Origin: Rhizophagus irregularis
Taxonomy: Eukaryota
Direction of reading: 5' to 3'
Length of the DNA: 64,000 bases
Assembly: GCF_026210795.1 (NCBI RefSeq)
Contig: NC_089435.1
Span: 3,348,001-3,412,000 of the forward strand
Part shown: piece after piece, positions 1-13,063 of the stretch
Layout: the number at the start of each line of letters is the position of its first letter
How positions within the stretch are numbered: position 1 is the stretch's first letter
Translations under genes and position numbers: made by a program
Notes under the pieces: generated by a model
Told to the model about the DNA's origin: nothing
What the model saw: the letters and a program-made list of their open reading frames with translations, nothing else
Databases searched by the model: none

Positions 1-1489
1 GCGTTTATGGAAACTTTGTGCTTACGGTTTCTCTGCCCATCACGTGATTGTCGGCTAATATTTTGGGTCGACGCCAACATTTGTTGCATTAACTCAATAT
101 ATTATCATTACATATTTCAATAATAAGATCTGCATCACGAAAATATATATCGTATATTTTTGCCCTTGAAAACTTCTGGAGCAACGTAAGGTATTCCATA
201 AACGGATAAACCTTTCAATCGATAACCTTTCAATTGCAGATTTTAATAAGATGGATTATTATCATAATTACGAAAAATCTAATAAAAAATTTTGCGTTTA
301 AGAAACTTCATTTGTGTTTTAGACTTATATGTCCCTTTATTGTTTTGGAATTTCTATTCCGACACATAAAAGAAAAGTAAGAACCAAGCAAAATATTTTA
401 ATATAATTTTATTTATCTGTATTGTGGTCAATAAATGAATATATCACGATTCAGGTGATATTTATTTTACGCCATTCAACATGTATTAATAATTTCCAAT
501 GCTTAATGAAGCTCAATAGAATTATTTTGGAATTTAAAGTGTAGTTTAAAGTATGACAAATGCTTCGTCACGGATTTGATAATTAATCCATTTATAAGCA
601 CAAATTTTGCATCTATAATTAACTAAATTGTCTAATTGATTAGTACTCATGTCGTTACCTATTTTTTCTTTCTAGACTTCTAATATTCTAATAACATCAT
701 TACCTAAAAATTTCCTGATTTTAAAATAAGATCAATATAGACGAAAGAACTGAATATGTAATTAAAATAATTTGAGAAAATCTTCGTAAAAGTTCTAAAA
801 TGATTTTTTTATATACAGTTATGTTTATTAAAATACTATTCATAATGAATCAGAATAAACAAATCCTAATTAATACATATTTGAGTACAAGGTGGAATTA
901 AGGTATGTCGATCATTTCAAGTTTAAAAGGGGCTGAAAAGTTTTTGGTAATGAAAATCTTTATTCTGCATTTAAATTAGATATTTTCTACCTTTGTATTT
1001 AATAATTTATATTATAGTATGTTAAAATATAATGCAGTTTAATAGTTTAATAGGAAGGTGCTTGATATTTAGCTATAATTTAATTTTAAGAATTTCGACA
1101 AAATGGTAGTTTTTCTTGGTTAAATAATAAATATATATAATGAAAAGTAACAACCAACTTATTGATTTGCATCCTCCATGACTAAATCGTCTGACATAGG
1201 CATATCATCGTCCATATTGTCGATATTGTTATCGTTCTATGTTAGTCAGTCACAGATTATATGTTAATTATTCAAATAAATTATATTTTGTATTTGATTT
1301 ATTATTTAACTGACATATTTGTTGAAGTTTGGATTTAGTTTGAACCTTTATATAGTATTTCTTTTAAAAAAAATCATACTGGATACTCGTCAAAATTCAA
1401 ATTTATCTTCAACATTCCTTGAATATGTGATTAATTTGGTTTATTATTATTACTAATGTTAACCAAAATTTTATTTGTATATCATATAG

Positions 1490-2406
1490 ATAATGCTATG
1501 GCATATAAATTATGCCCAAATTAGGTCAAGAGATCGAAGATTTTAAATATAGTAACAAATTGGCGCCATTTGGAAACGAAAAAGTTCATTAAAGTTTACT
1601 GGCTTGGAATTAAAGATGAGGTTAGTGAATATATATACATATATACGTTTATTATACTTGGAGATCTTTTACTTTAATTTTATAAATTTCGTTTAAAAGA
1701 TAACCACTAGGAAGCCATTGATTTTCGCCTTCCAAAGAATTCAATTGTTAACGACATCACCATCACCAAATTCTAGAATTAGGTTCATCAGGATAGGATT
1801 TAAAAGGACTATTTGGGGACCGAACCAGTAGAGAGAATACAAGAAGAACATGCAACATTATACGCAGAGGTGAATATCATGAATTGATTAAATTTTTTTA
1901 TTTTACCATAAATATACATGTATTTATTTTAGGAAATACCTCAAGATGAAATTCATGTCGATCAAAATAACCGAGCGAGCTATTCAAGTATATCATTTCA
2001 CAAAGGATCAGATGGAATCTTGTTCAAATTTGTTATTAAAAACGTAATTTTATTTATTAATTAATAATATAAATTTCAAAGAATCCAAATTTTGATTTCT
2101 TATTGGCTTAGAGCGAGACTCTCGCGAATACTAAAGTATGTCTTCGACATCGCCTTGGTATGAGTGAAAAAGATTTTTCGAAAGTAAAAATTGCAATTGT
2201 ATCTGAAACTTCATACGCAAACCCGGAGTATCTTGATGACGATGGTGAGTTAAACAAGAACATTTTATTAAATCGTTTATTTTAATTTATTAATCATATA
2301 TAATTTTATAATTTTATCAGAAATGACATTATCTAATGAAGGTTGTCTAGGACTTGATCACGTAGATAAATCTGGCTGCGCGGAGAGTGTTTTCATTCGA
2401 GGCTAA
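1490..2406 (+). pseudogene. C-terminal fragment of a USP7/Ubp15-type ubiquitin-specific protease (UBL4-5 region and tail), disrupted, introns retained
   Basis: Manual splicing (introns about 1621-1710, 1870-1932, 2044-2111, 2245-2320) gives LETKKFIKVYWLGIKDE / EAIDFRLPKNSIVNDI / TEPVERIQEEHATLYAE / EIPQDE..IQVYHFTKD..GILFKFVIKN / SETLANTKVCLRHRLGMSEKDFSKVKIAIV..PEYLDDD / LGLDHVDK..VFIRG*. These match the USP7 C-terminus as I recall it. Frameshifts and stops occur near 1765-1805 and 1975-2015; no catalytic domain is visible upstream. Confidence 0.8.
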
Positions 2407-5400
2407 TATATTAGTCTTTTTTTTATACGCAACAATCTCTTGTAACTGAGAGCATCTTTATTTTTATTAATTTAATATACAGTTGTACTATTAAAAATTC
2501 TATGACATATATGACATTACGCCGTATAAAATCCACTCTTTAACATCTTGTTACGCGTCTACCCACAATGTAATGTAATTCGCCTCATCCTATGATACAT
2601 AAACATATCAGATATTGTATTTTTAACAAAAAGAAAAGATAGTTGATTATGAAATTTTTAACATTATTCCTTGTGAATTATAATTTATAAAATTTCTTTA
2701 ACTCGTCCTATCCTTACAGAAAAATGGTGTCCGGTATGATAAATTCCCGTCATATGATATGTCCAAATTTTGTACCGAAACATGAAAGATTCCAAACACT
2801 GCTATTCATCCGGACCCTCCCCTTATTGGTTTTTTATATTGGTTTTGTTTTATATAGGTACAAAAAAAAAAATTTTTTTTTATAAAATATGTAAATCTAT
2901 TCCATAGACTTTTTTTTATCTATTAGTTAATAATTATTTAAATTTTTTTTGGCCAATAAAAACTCAGAAAATCTAATTGGGTGACCTAATTAAGTTTCTT
3001 TAGTAGCACAATCTATATTATAAATAGAATTATCTTGAATAAAGACAATATAGTTAATATAATACTTCCATCATAATAAACAACAATAAGAATTCTAATA
3101 ATACCAAATAGCTAAAATTAGACGATCAGGAGTAAATAATGTATAGAAAAAAGAATAAACTGAATTTAGAAATTAAAATGCAGCCAAATGAATAAAATGA
3201 ATAACCAAATCAGTATACGAAATAAGAAATATAATAAAAATAGATTAATTAAAACGATATAAATATATTTAAAATGATAAATATAATCTAATTATCTTAA
3301 AAATAAGCATATTAATTATAGTTGACCTATAAATAATATCCTTTAGCGTTTTAAGATTGATATTTGATAATAAGAATAATAAAAATAGAAAATAAGAATA
3401 ATATCAAATATTGTATACTATTATTAAAGAGTGTTATTTTTATACAATGAACAATATTAGAAGAAATTTAATTATGACGTAGTAAAAATATTCTTATATA
3501 TAAATATATGTACAGTACATATGATGTATCTGGAATAATTTTTTATTAAATTAGTTATAAAGTATGTGTTTATATTTTATTATTAATAAATTATCATATT
3601 ATATAAAAAATTACAATCATTATTGAACATTTTGAATTAATCATATAAAGAATGAAATTATACAAATTAATCAAAGAGTAATGAAATTTTATTATTATTT
3701 TTTTAGTTCATGAATATTCATAACATCTATGTATTTCCATTTGCCAATTAAGTTATCCATATGAATGTAAACATATAAGATAAATTTTTAATCAATGTCA
3801 TAATATTTTAGAATTCTGTTTACATTAATGACAAGATTAGATAAAAAGAGACAAAGAACAATTAATTAACTAACATAATTTTTGATATTAACAGTATTTG
3901 CTCAGCTCCAACTAAGAAAAAAATTGAACTGACTTTCACAATATGAACAATATGAGTAAATTATTAGTTTACTAAAAAATAAATATATCTAATAAAAATC
4001 ATGATTCAAAAATTATGGAGAGCTCATAGTCTTTGATAATTTGTGTTCTACTTGATTTTTAAAGCCTATGAAAATTATTTAACCATAAGTTTTCTACTTA
4101 TTATTAGTATAAGTTAAACCAGAAAAACTGAATGATGAATATTTGAATGGAATTGAAATGTCAAAATTCTTTTATTAATTTCATTATTATAATACTTACA
4201 ATCTTCTACTTTTCTTATCCATTTACTAAAGTGTCATCAAATCCAAATGGTTAAAATTTTTTCACTAGTCATAGTTTTGCCTTTTTTAATTACTTTCAGA
4301 TGTTTTTTTTTTTATTGCAGATTACTCTGAATTGGCAAAAAATTCCTAATAAATTTTCTATTTAGCAATAGTTATCATTATCAGATATAACCTCCCATTT
4401 ATCATCAAAAAATTATCCCAATCCAAGTGGATGGGTTTTCTTGTATCTATAATTGATGAACAAATTGGTTCATCATAATGGATATTTGTTGTTATAAGAA
4501 AGATACATAACTAATTTCTCCTCTAAGATTAACAGACCTTAAACAGAAAATTTAGATGTACTAAAGTGACCATAGGATGCAAGCAGTATACCATTATGAA
4601 GTGCTATAAAATGACTACAAGATGCTAATTTTGCATGCTTATTGTTGAATATTATCTGGTCAATCAAATACCTTAAAAGATATTTTTTGGACATACTATA
4701 TATTTTGATAAAAATTCAATAGTACTTTTATATATAATATGTAGTTCTTAAGAGTCTGAACACTTTGCATCCGTAATATGAATTACTTTGATCACAAATC
4801 CACAAAGGACTTTGTGTGTTGTATAATTTTCAAGAAAATTTATCTTAACAAAAGAAGTGATAATAGTAAGGCTTTTTATAAAAGAACATGCAGATTAAAA
4901 ATACTGTTCAGTAGTTGGGAATTTAAAGTTTATTGACATATAGTTCATAAGCATATTGTTAAAGTTGTAAAAAGTAAAATTTATTATCTGTAAAATTGTA
5001 TTGTCTGAAGCATAGTGGAAGACTTTTATATCTTACAGTATAGTAATTACATTATTTTCTTAATCAGGTGTAATGATTTGATCATGTCCATATTACATAC
5101 TATTTGTGGTCAAGTATACAATCAAATGATATCATTGTATCACAATATTACTGATATTTATATTGTCAAACAAGAATGACAAGAAATATTAGCATTCCAC
5201 ATGACAATTTTACTTTTTTTACTTTTTTTTATTAACTGAGAGGATATCCTCCTTAAAACTGTTTCCTACCAAATTTACATGGAGTTCAAATCTTGAAAAA
5301 TTATGCCCAAAAACTCTGAAATTACATTTAAAGGTATTAATAAGTAATATAAAATGAAAAAATGTTACTCATTCTCTATATACTCACCGAAAACATCGTT

Positions 5401-5881
5401 GCATAAAAGTCAAGACCGATAAAGTACGGGACAATCCATAATCGATTGTTTAATTTTATTTTAGTTGTAGAATATATTCAGTTTTTTCGTAGTTCTTTAG
5501 TATTTAACATTGAACGTAATCTGAAATGTTTTTGGTATTTTTTAGGTCTATCTAGAAAGGATACACTTAATGTTTAAAAGAGTATTTAAATTAAAACATG
5601 TTGATGTTGCTTGATATGGAAGCTAATTTCTATTGGATCTGAGAAAGGTTTCAGTAGGGTTCGATACAGTCAACTCGCGTTAATTTAACACGATTCAGGT
5701 TGGTATTAATAATTATAATGACTCGTGAACCGGCTGAACCGCATGTCCCGACATGTCATAAATTTCCTGACCCGGATGTAATTCTGGCCAAATTAAGCCA
5801 ATAGTTCATTATTTGATTTCTGCTAATATCACGCCTAATTATTTGACTTTATTATATTAGACTAATTCAGAATTCATAATA

Positions 5882-6067
5882 CACAGTGAAATTCGATATA
5901 ATGGAACCATCCGTTCCATTGGTAAAATTTGTCAAAAATCCGTTATATCAAGGGTAATTTAATTATAGATTATGATATTAAATCCGTTCCAGACCCTGAT
6001 TCCGATATATCAAGACTTTACTTATGTTCCGTTATATCAAGGTTCCGGTATATCGAATTTTACTGTG
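5882..6067. mobile_element. Tc1/pogo-type MITE (about 186 bp)
   Basis: Terminal inverted repeats CACAGTGAAATTCGATATA..GGAACC / GGTTCC..TATATCGAATTTTACTGTG, with TA on both flanks (5880-81 and 6068-69). Internal CCG(T/A)TATATC repeats. Confidence 0.8.
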
Positions 6068-7039
6068 TAATAACTTGATCTTGTATGGCCATTTATCATT
6101 ACCAAGCCACTTTTTCTTTAACTGTAAGCAAATGATCAATTAAAATGAATTTATTATGTAAATTTTTTAGATTATCAATATTAAGTCGGTAATATATTTT
6201 GAGTTTAACCTGTTTTACACATACTTAGGTCGAGTTACGAAAATATAAGACCTGAATAAATTACGGGTCTTTCCATTTTCATTCAAATCAGGTCGAATAT
6301 ATTCTCAAAACCTGGCTCGACTTACCGATGTACAGGAACAGGCTTATGTCGGGAGGGCTGGTTCGGTATTTTAATCCATCATACCTTTTATATCATTAAT
6401 TGTCCTACCATTGCAAAAAAAAAAAAAGTTAAATCAAGAACTAACTCATGAATAGGAGGGAACTTCTAAATATATCAATTGATGATTCAAAAAAAGCTAA
6501 GCCCTTAAAGAGAACTATTCCTATTTAGAACTTATTAAAAAGACAAACATTATTTACTGGTTTACTGTACATAAAATTTGATTTTTATAATTCTATCGAT
6601 AATTTGCTACGATTTGTTATTTGTTTTTTGCTCGAAACATAAATAGGATCGGTGTAATTGATCAGTATTACTGCGGCCAATGAATCATGGTCGGACAACA
6701 TTACTTTTACATTTTGTCTTTGTTTCCGGATATGTAAAAGCTGTTTTTTTTGTAATTTGAAAATTTGAGAAATTACGATTACGGAACAACTTATTACCGC
6801 AACAAAAGTGTACTATAAATCGAGAGTTACTAAAGTTATTATATATTTTACGTTTTATAATTCAATTGTGGGAAATTTTGTAATGATCAATCAATTGTTT
6901 ATACAAAAGTAATGCAATGAAACGTACATCTGTCGATCTCTTAAAATAAATATAAACTTGACGGTCATTATTTACTAAAAAAAAAAAAATCCTTTCCTTT
7001 TCCTTTTTTTTTTTGCGAGTTAAATAATTTTTTTCAAAA

Positions 7040-8815
7040 ATGGACTCTTACTCAAAAAACAAAATATCCGTTGAATGTTACAATGAAATTTTTTATCAAC
7101 TTAAAAATGATATAAAGACTTTATATAATTGTACATTCGTAAACCGATTTTTTTGTCGTTTAGCGACGCCGTTATTATGGGGTACGCCTTTTGAACACAT
7201 AAATTTGGAAAATCCAAAATCACCTCTTATTATAAATACATACGTAAGTTCTTTAGTGGATGAAGATAAATCATTTTTAAGACTTACAGGAATTCCTTTA
7301 GAATTACCAGAAGCGACATTTTTTTATTACCCTGAATTCTTAAAAAGTTTTAATTCACAAGTATTTCAAATATTAATTGAGAGGTGGTTAATATTAATGG
7401 AACCATATAATTATTATGTAAATTATCAGGATAAATTGGTATATTCAACTTATCTTGTTAGTAATTTATTATTTGCGTCGACTAATAAATTGGAATCCTT
7501 GAATTATTTTAGGTTAAGTTCTCATGATAGAATGTTTTTTATTAACCATAAAGAATTTGTTTATTCTATATCTCATTTAGTAAATTTGGAGATTACCTAT
7601 TTTGCTGGAGCAAACAATCCTAATATTCAAGAAGATGAAAATAATCTTAATAATTTATTCGATACTTTATCTCATTACACTTTTTCGATTAGATACGTTA
7701 AAATTAATATTTCATCAAATTATATCGCTTCATTTACTTCACGTTTTATTGAAAGTATTTTTAATTTTATCGCGCATCAATACAAATTAGAAGCGTTATC
7801 ATTTAACGAATCCTTAATTTTCGAAAACTTATTCGAATTTGAGGAAATTATCAAATCTCAGGAAACAAATTTAAGGCATTTAACAATTGGGGGGAAACTA
7901 AAAAATTTCTCACGAATAGTAAAAGTCTTACGAAATTGTAGTAATTTAGAGTCATTAATCTTTGAAGGAAAAAAAGGTTCTATTATAGAGGAGGATAATT
8001 GGGGATATTATGATGTTAAAATGAGGGAAATACCCATAATTGAAGAAATTGATTTCAATAAATTGAAAATCAGAAAAATTTATTGTATTGAAGATTGCGT
8101 AAGCGTAGATGATGTAGATGATGGATATAGTAATTATATGTACGATGAGCAACAACAAGAAGAATTTGAAACAACAGGAGGTGATTCATCAATCAGTGAT
8201 GATATGGTTACACTTGGTCTTAAGAAAATACTCTTAATGACCAGCGCAAATTTACGAACATTAAATTTAGGTAAAATAAATACCTTTATCATTACAATAT
8301 TAAGAGAATATTGTTACGAATTAACAAATTTATCATGTGAAATATCAATTAAAGATTTTTGGTCGTTTACCAAGTTATTAGAGGTGTTGAGTGGGTTAGA
8401 ACATCTCGAGTTGAAATTAGAGTTGAAATTAGAATTGTCGTCAATGTTAAATGATAATTATATTGTGACGTTCACGAATTCATTACCTAACTCCTTGCAG
8501 AAATTAGGTTTAAATATCTATAGTGACGAAGACGAATTCATCACATACTTTTTAATGAAATTACTGGAAAATATGGGCTATAACAAATTATTTGAATTAT
8601 ATTTTTGTAATGAAAAAATGATTCGAAACGAAAATTTACGACTAATTTTACAATTTGCTTTAAATAGGATTAGATATTATGGTAATGATGTTAGAAACTT
8701 CAAATTTAAATATGTTATAGGAAATTTTAATCAAGACTTCGATCAAGCTTTATTACAAAATGGGCGAGAATGTATGGACATCATACGTGAAGAAATTTCG
8801 GACCGTTATAAGTAA
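7040..8815 (+). CDS. F-box-like/LRR (RNI-like) protein, 591 aa, single exon
   Basis: N-terminal motif ECYNEIFYQLKNDIKTLYNCTFVNRFFCRLATPLLWGTPF is typical of the expanded AMF F-box-like family. It is followed by LxxLxL repeats (NLRHLTI, NLESLIF, NLRTLNL, ELTNLSC, GLEHLEL, SLQKLGL). Confidence 0.85.
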   Translation: MDSYSKNKISVECYNEIFYQLKNDIKTLYNCTFVNRFFCRLATPLLWGTPFEHINLENPKSPLIINTYVSSLVDEDKSFLRLTGIPLELPEATFFYYPEFLKSFNSQVFQILIERWLILMEPYNYYVNYQDKLVYSTYLVSNLLFASTNKLESLNYFRLSSHDRMFFINHKEFVYSISHLVNLEITYFAGANNPNIQEDENNLNNLFDTLSHYTFSIRYVKINISSNYIASFTSRFIESIFNFIAHQYKLEALSFNESLIFENLFEFEEIIKSQETNLRHLTIGGKLKNFSRIVKVLRNCSNLESLIFEGKKGSIIEEDNWGYYDVKMREIPIIEEIDFNKLKIRKIYCIEDCVSVDDVDDGYSNYMYDEQQQEEFETTGGDSSISDDMVTLGLKKILLMTSANLRTLNLGKINTFIITILREYCYELTNLSCEISIKDFWSFTKLLEVLSGLEHLELKLELKLELSSMLNDNYIVTFTNSLPNSLQKLGLNIYSDEDEFITYFLMKLLENMGYNKLFELYFCNEKMIRNENLRLILQFALNRIRYYGNDVRNFKFKYVIGNFNQDFDQALLQNGRECMDIIREEISDRYK

Positions 8816-10470
8816 TTATATAGGAAAGTCTTTTATAAAAATGCTATTTGATGGGGTTATTAAAGATGAATTTTTTTCTTAGGCTACTTTAGAATATTAG
8901 ATGTATTGGATATTAGATATATCAGATGTATTGCTATATTGTTAATTATCTGTTATGCAATAAATTGGTATTTGATATTCGGTATATGTACGCCATTTAT
9001 GTTATTTTATTGTGATCATAATTTTGTCAAAGTTGATTTATTTAAAAATAGACGCGCTAAACAATTTTTACAGGTCACGGGACAGGGACAGTGTTGAAAA
9101 TACACGCGATCACAACGAATCGTTTGCCGATTCAAATTTACTATTTCATAGAAATGAATAGACGCTAGCATCCATTGTAAGTGAAATGATGATACTATGA
9201 GTTAACTCTATTGAATTGAATCAAATTTATTATTTCTTAGAAATGATTGAACGTTAGCGTTACATCATTACGTCACACTTTTTGAAAATCCACTATAAGT
9301 GAAATGATAAAGTATATGATTACTATGAGTTAACTAATTCTATTGAATTTTAGATATTTGGTCTTTATTGCAAATATACGTAAATTTTTTTTTCTTTTTT
9401 TTTATCATCACTTTATCAATCAAGCATCATTTCTCTAAAATGCGGCGATCTCTTCATCTAGTCAATTGACATAACCAATAATTGAAGAAAAAAAATTTTT
9501 ATTTATACCATCATAATCAATAATACCAAAAAGTAAATAGTGGAATCTTACAAAATCCCTGTAAGTTCAATATATTCTCGAATTCTTTATGTTTCGGTCA
9601 TATTTCCTTTTTTTATAATTTCATTCTAAGCACATGATGGTATGATGGGCCGCCAATACCACCTTAATTGTAAATGAAATTAGTGGACTTTAATCATTAT
9701 TATGTTATTATTTAATCATGACTAATGGAAAATATTTTTCTTATCATAAAATTTTAATATAACTAAAATTTGTCTCTTTTTCCATGATTGGTTGGACCGG
9801 TTTATGTTATTTATATTATTTATATTATTGCTAAAAACCAGGTATTCGGCATTTCGGCGTTTCGGCGGTTTATATTCAAAAGAAGTAAAAAGAATATGAC
9901 TAATATATATATATATATATTAATATGAATAACAAAATAAAATGGATAATCAGCACAAAAAAAAAAGAAATTTCTATTTTCGATGATTGATAAATAAAAT
10001 TTCCTTAAAAAGGAATATTTAAAAATAAATTTGTTATTTTTAGATTAATTTTTTACAAAGAATTTTTTTTTTTTGATTTACAAATTATTTTTTGTAATTG
10101 TCATTTTGTCATTACAAGTTTGAAACTGGTTTAAAAAAATTGCTTTAGACATTTTTGGACAGGTAATAAGGGGTAAAAAAAAAAATTCCATTTATCAAAA
10201 GAAAAATTTAATAAAAAATAAATGTATTATTATTGCTCAATATTTTCAAAATCCCGACCAAATTCCGAAATCTTATCACGTGAAAATATAATGATTTCGG
10301 GATTTCGTATTGTAGTATTATTTCTTGACTTATTTCGTAAGTAAATCCTATTGGTCAAATAAAGTGTAATGAATCCAAAGCCATAATATCCAAGCACAAA
10401 CGGAAATTTAGATTCAAACTATTTAGTTTCTGGTAATACGTACCGATATATTGGAGTGTTAATAAATATG

Positions 10471-10575
10471 GCCGGAATTATCATTAGTACGAGCCGGAAT
10501 TATCGTTAGTATGAGCCGGAATTATCATTAGTATGAGCCGAAATTATCGTTAAAATGAGCCGGAATTATAATTAA
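10471..10575. repeat. 22-bp tandem repeat, about 4.7 copies (GCCGGAATTATC[A/G]TTAGTA[C/T]GA)
   Basis: Units start at 10471, 10493, 10515, 10537 and 10559, with no spacers between them. Confidence 0.9.
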
Positions 10576-10849
10576 ATCTTTCACGCCTTTTATACATTCA
10601 TATATATATTGTATATAACTGATATTATGTGTACATATTGTACTCATTGTTATACATTTGTTCGGATATTATTTGTTCTCTTACATATTAATTGCCGTTT
10701 TTATAATTTAATTAATATGTATATAGTTTAATGATTTAAATATTTATTATTAATTAATCTATAAAAATATAATATATTATTATTACTAAAATGTTAATGT
10801 AATAAGAAAATACCATAAATATATATTCATGATGCAATGGATTGATAAA

Positions 10850-13063
10850 TTATGATTCTTCTTTTTCTGTTGTATCTGTGTCTGTTGTATCACTTGTATG
10901 TGTTGATGTTGTATCTATTGCTGTTTTCGTTGTTTGATTACGAAATAAAAAGTACCAACAAGCAAACCCAACAAACAAAAATATAATGCTAACCCAGATA
11001 AATGATATATGAATCATATACGGTATTTTAGAACCGATATGATCGTTAGGATCTTTATCAGGGAAAAATGATAATATAATAATTAGTAATCCTGAAATTT
11101 CAAACAAATAAATTATTATACGTGGCACTTTGAATGGAGAGACAATAGAACTTCTTTTTCGTGTTCTCTGGAATTTTTTTTTTTTAAAAAAAAAAATTAG
11201 TTTAGAATTTGAAAATTTGTGAAAAAAATAAAAATAAAAAAAGTTGAATTTGTATTATACTTACAACTAAACCCCAACTTGTAGCAATGAAAAATATCCA
11301 ATAAGAAAAAGTTGATATCGAAGAAAATAATACGAAACTATCTTCTGGTATTGATGCGCCAATAAATAATATAATGAAAATACACCATCCAAGTTGTGCT
11401 AATAACGCGTTAACTGGAGTATATTCGATGTAGTGTAATTTTTTCCCTCCCTGCCCTTCCTGAATCATAGTCCTTTCTTTCCACTTTTTTAATTGTGGTG
11501 AAATTATTGGAAAAAAATTTGATTCCGCCGCTGACACAATAACTCTTGATCCACTAACAAAAAAAATTTTTTGGTATATATACGTATTTTTTTTTAAAAA
11601 AAAATGACAATTTACACTAAATAGTAAATACCTCCAAATATTTGTTGCAGCTGTACCAATAGCAGAAAGAACAACAAAAAATGAGAATATCCTTGCTACG
11701 GTAACGTGAGTATCATTGACAAAAACTTTTCTAAAGAAAGTTGCTGTAATTACCTCATCGCGTTTTTCGGGGACAAAATCAGATGGTGAAGCAGCAGAAA
11801 TAAATGCAATGTTTACCAATATATCTGATACAAAATAAATGGTTAGAAAAATGATACAATGTTTCGTTAAAAAAAAAAACGCCTTTAAAAAACTTACATG
11901 ATATAATTACAATTACAATACTAATAATATTACTAAGTATTAATTTTTTTTGAGGATTTCTAAATTCATCTAAAGAATAGTTTAAAGTATTCCAACCATT
12001 ATAACTAAATAAAATATTAAGAATCGCCGTAGGATAAGAATAAGGGGATGGATCATCGATAGGTTTATTCCAATTTCCGCTATTATACTTTGATATTCCA
12101 CTGAATGCAATTACCACTATCATAACCAATTTAGTTATTGCAAGCGTATGGTTTATCTTATTTGCCAATCTTCTATTTAACAAATGATATCCTGTTATTA
12201 ATAACAAAAATAAAATTGCTACCAATTTCAATACCCTATAAACAAGAGAAATTATTTAAGGATTTTTAATAACGAAAAAACAAAAATTTACATATATATT
12301 GTTAAAATAAATACCAGTAAGGCCTAAATTTGTTATTCCAACCAATTAAGGATGAATCAATTTTTTCTTTTCCATCCAATGGAGATTCTCCAAAAATCAT
12401 AAACCACGCGTATTGTGCAGCAGACTGTAATACTGCGCATATAATCACGGGTCGAATCACACTAAATAACAGCATGTCAAATTAATTATATGGAAAGTTT
12501 TTTTTTACAATAGTAATTATTATACTCACAATATGAACATGAAGCTAAAAAGATAGCTTGCCATAAAAGGTGGGGATGGATATGCTTTATCCAAATAAAT
12601 TTTTTCTCCACCATTATCTCTATGAAGAGCTCCATACTTTTTTTAACCAGAGAGTTAACAGTTAATGATATAAAGTTTTTTTTTTTGAAAAAAAAAAAAA
12701 AAATAACCTTTATATAAATATAACGCTATTTACCTCGGCATAAATAAGGGAACCAAATAAACTTACAATTCCACCAGCTAGCCATAATAATAGTATGACA
12801 TAAGGCTTTTTTATTAGGTTCAAAACAATTCCCGGAGTTGTGAAAATACCTGCATATTTATTATTCATTTTTAATCTTTAAATTTCGAATGATATTCCTT
12901 TTTTAAAGATAACTGATAAATATAAATTAAAGTACTAACCAACTCCTATTATAGTATTCACATTCATCCCTATACCATAAATTACGCCAAGCAATTCTTT
13001 ACTTTCTCTCTGCTGGTTTTCAGGCTGACCATTTTCATCATCTAGATTTTCAATTTGTGCCAT
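10850..13063 (-). CDS. APC-superfamily amino-acid permease (LAT/Mup1 methionine-permease-like), multi-exon
   Basis: ATG at 13063 gives MAQIEN..ELLGVIYGIGMNVNTIIGV|GIFTTPGIVL..LLWLAGGIVSLFGSLIYAE. Later exons contain ILFSYNGWNTLNYSLDEFRNPQKKL, VVLSAIGTAA, GSRVIVSAAE and TPVNALLAQ. ORFs 11779-12231, 11202-11819 and 10850-11128 are exon pieces separated by GT-AG introns. Confidence 0.88.

Noticed and set aside
9178..9349. Short imperfect direct repeats (also at about 15545/15652 and 50876/50965)
   Set aside because: Ordinary local duplications in AT-rich DNA with no further structure.
10471..10575. Possible CRISPR array
   Set aside because: Head-to-tail repeat without spacers; eukaryotic context; no cas genes.
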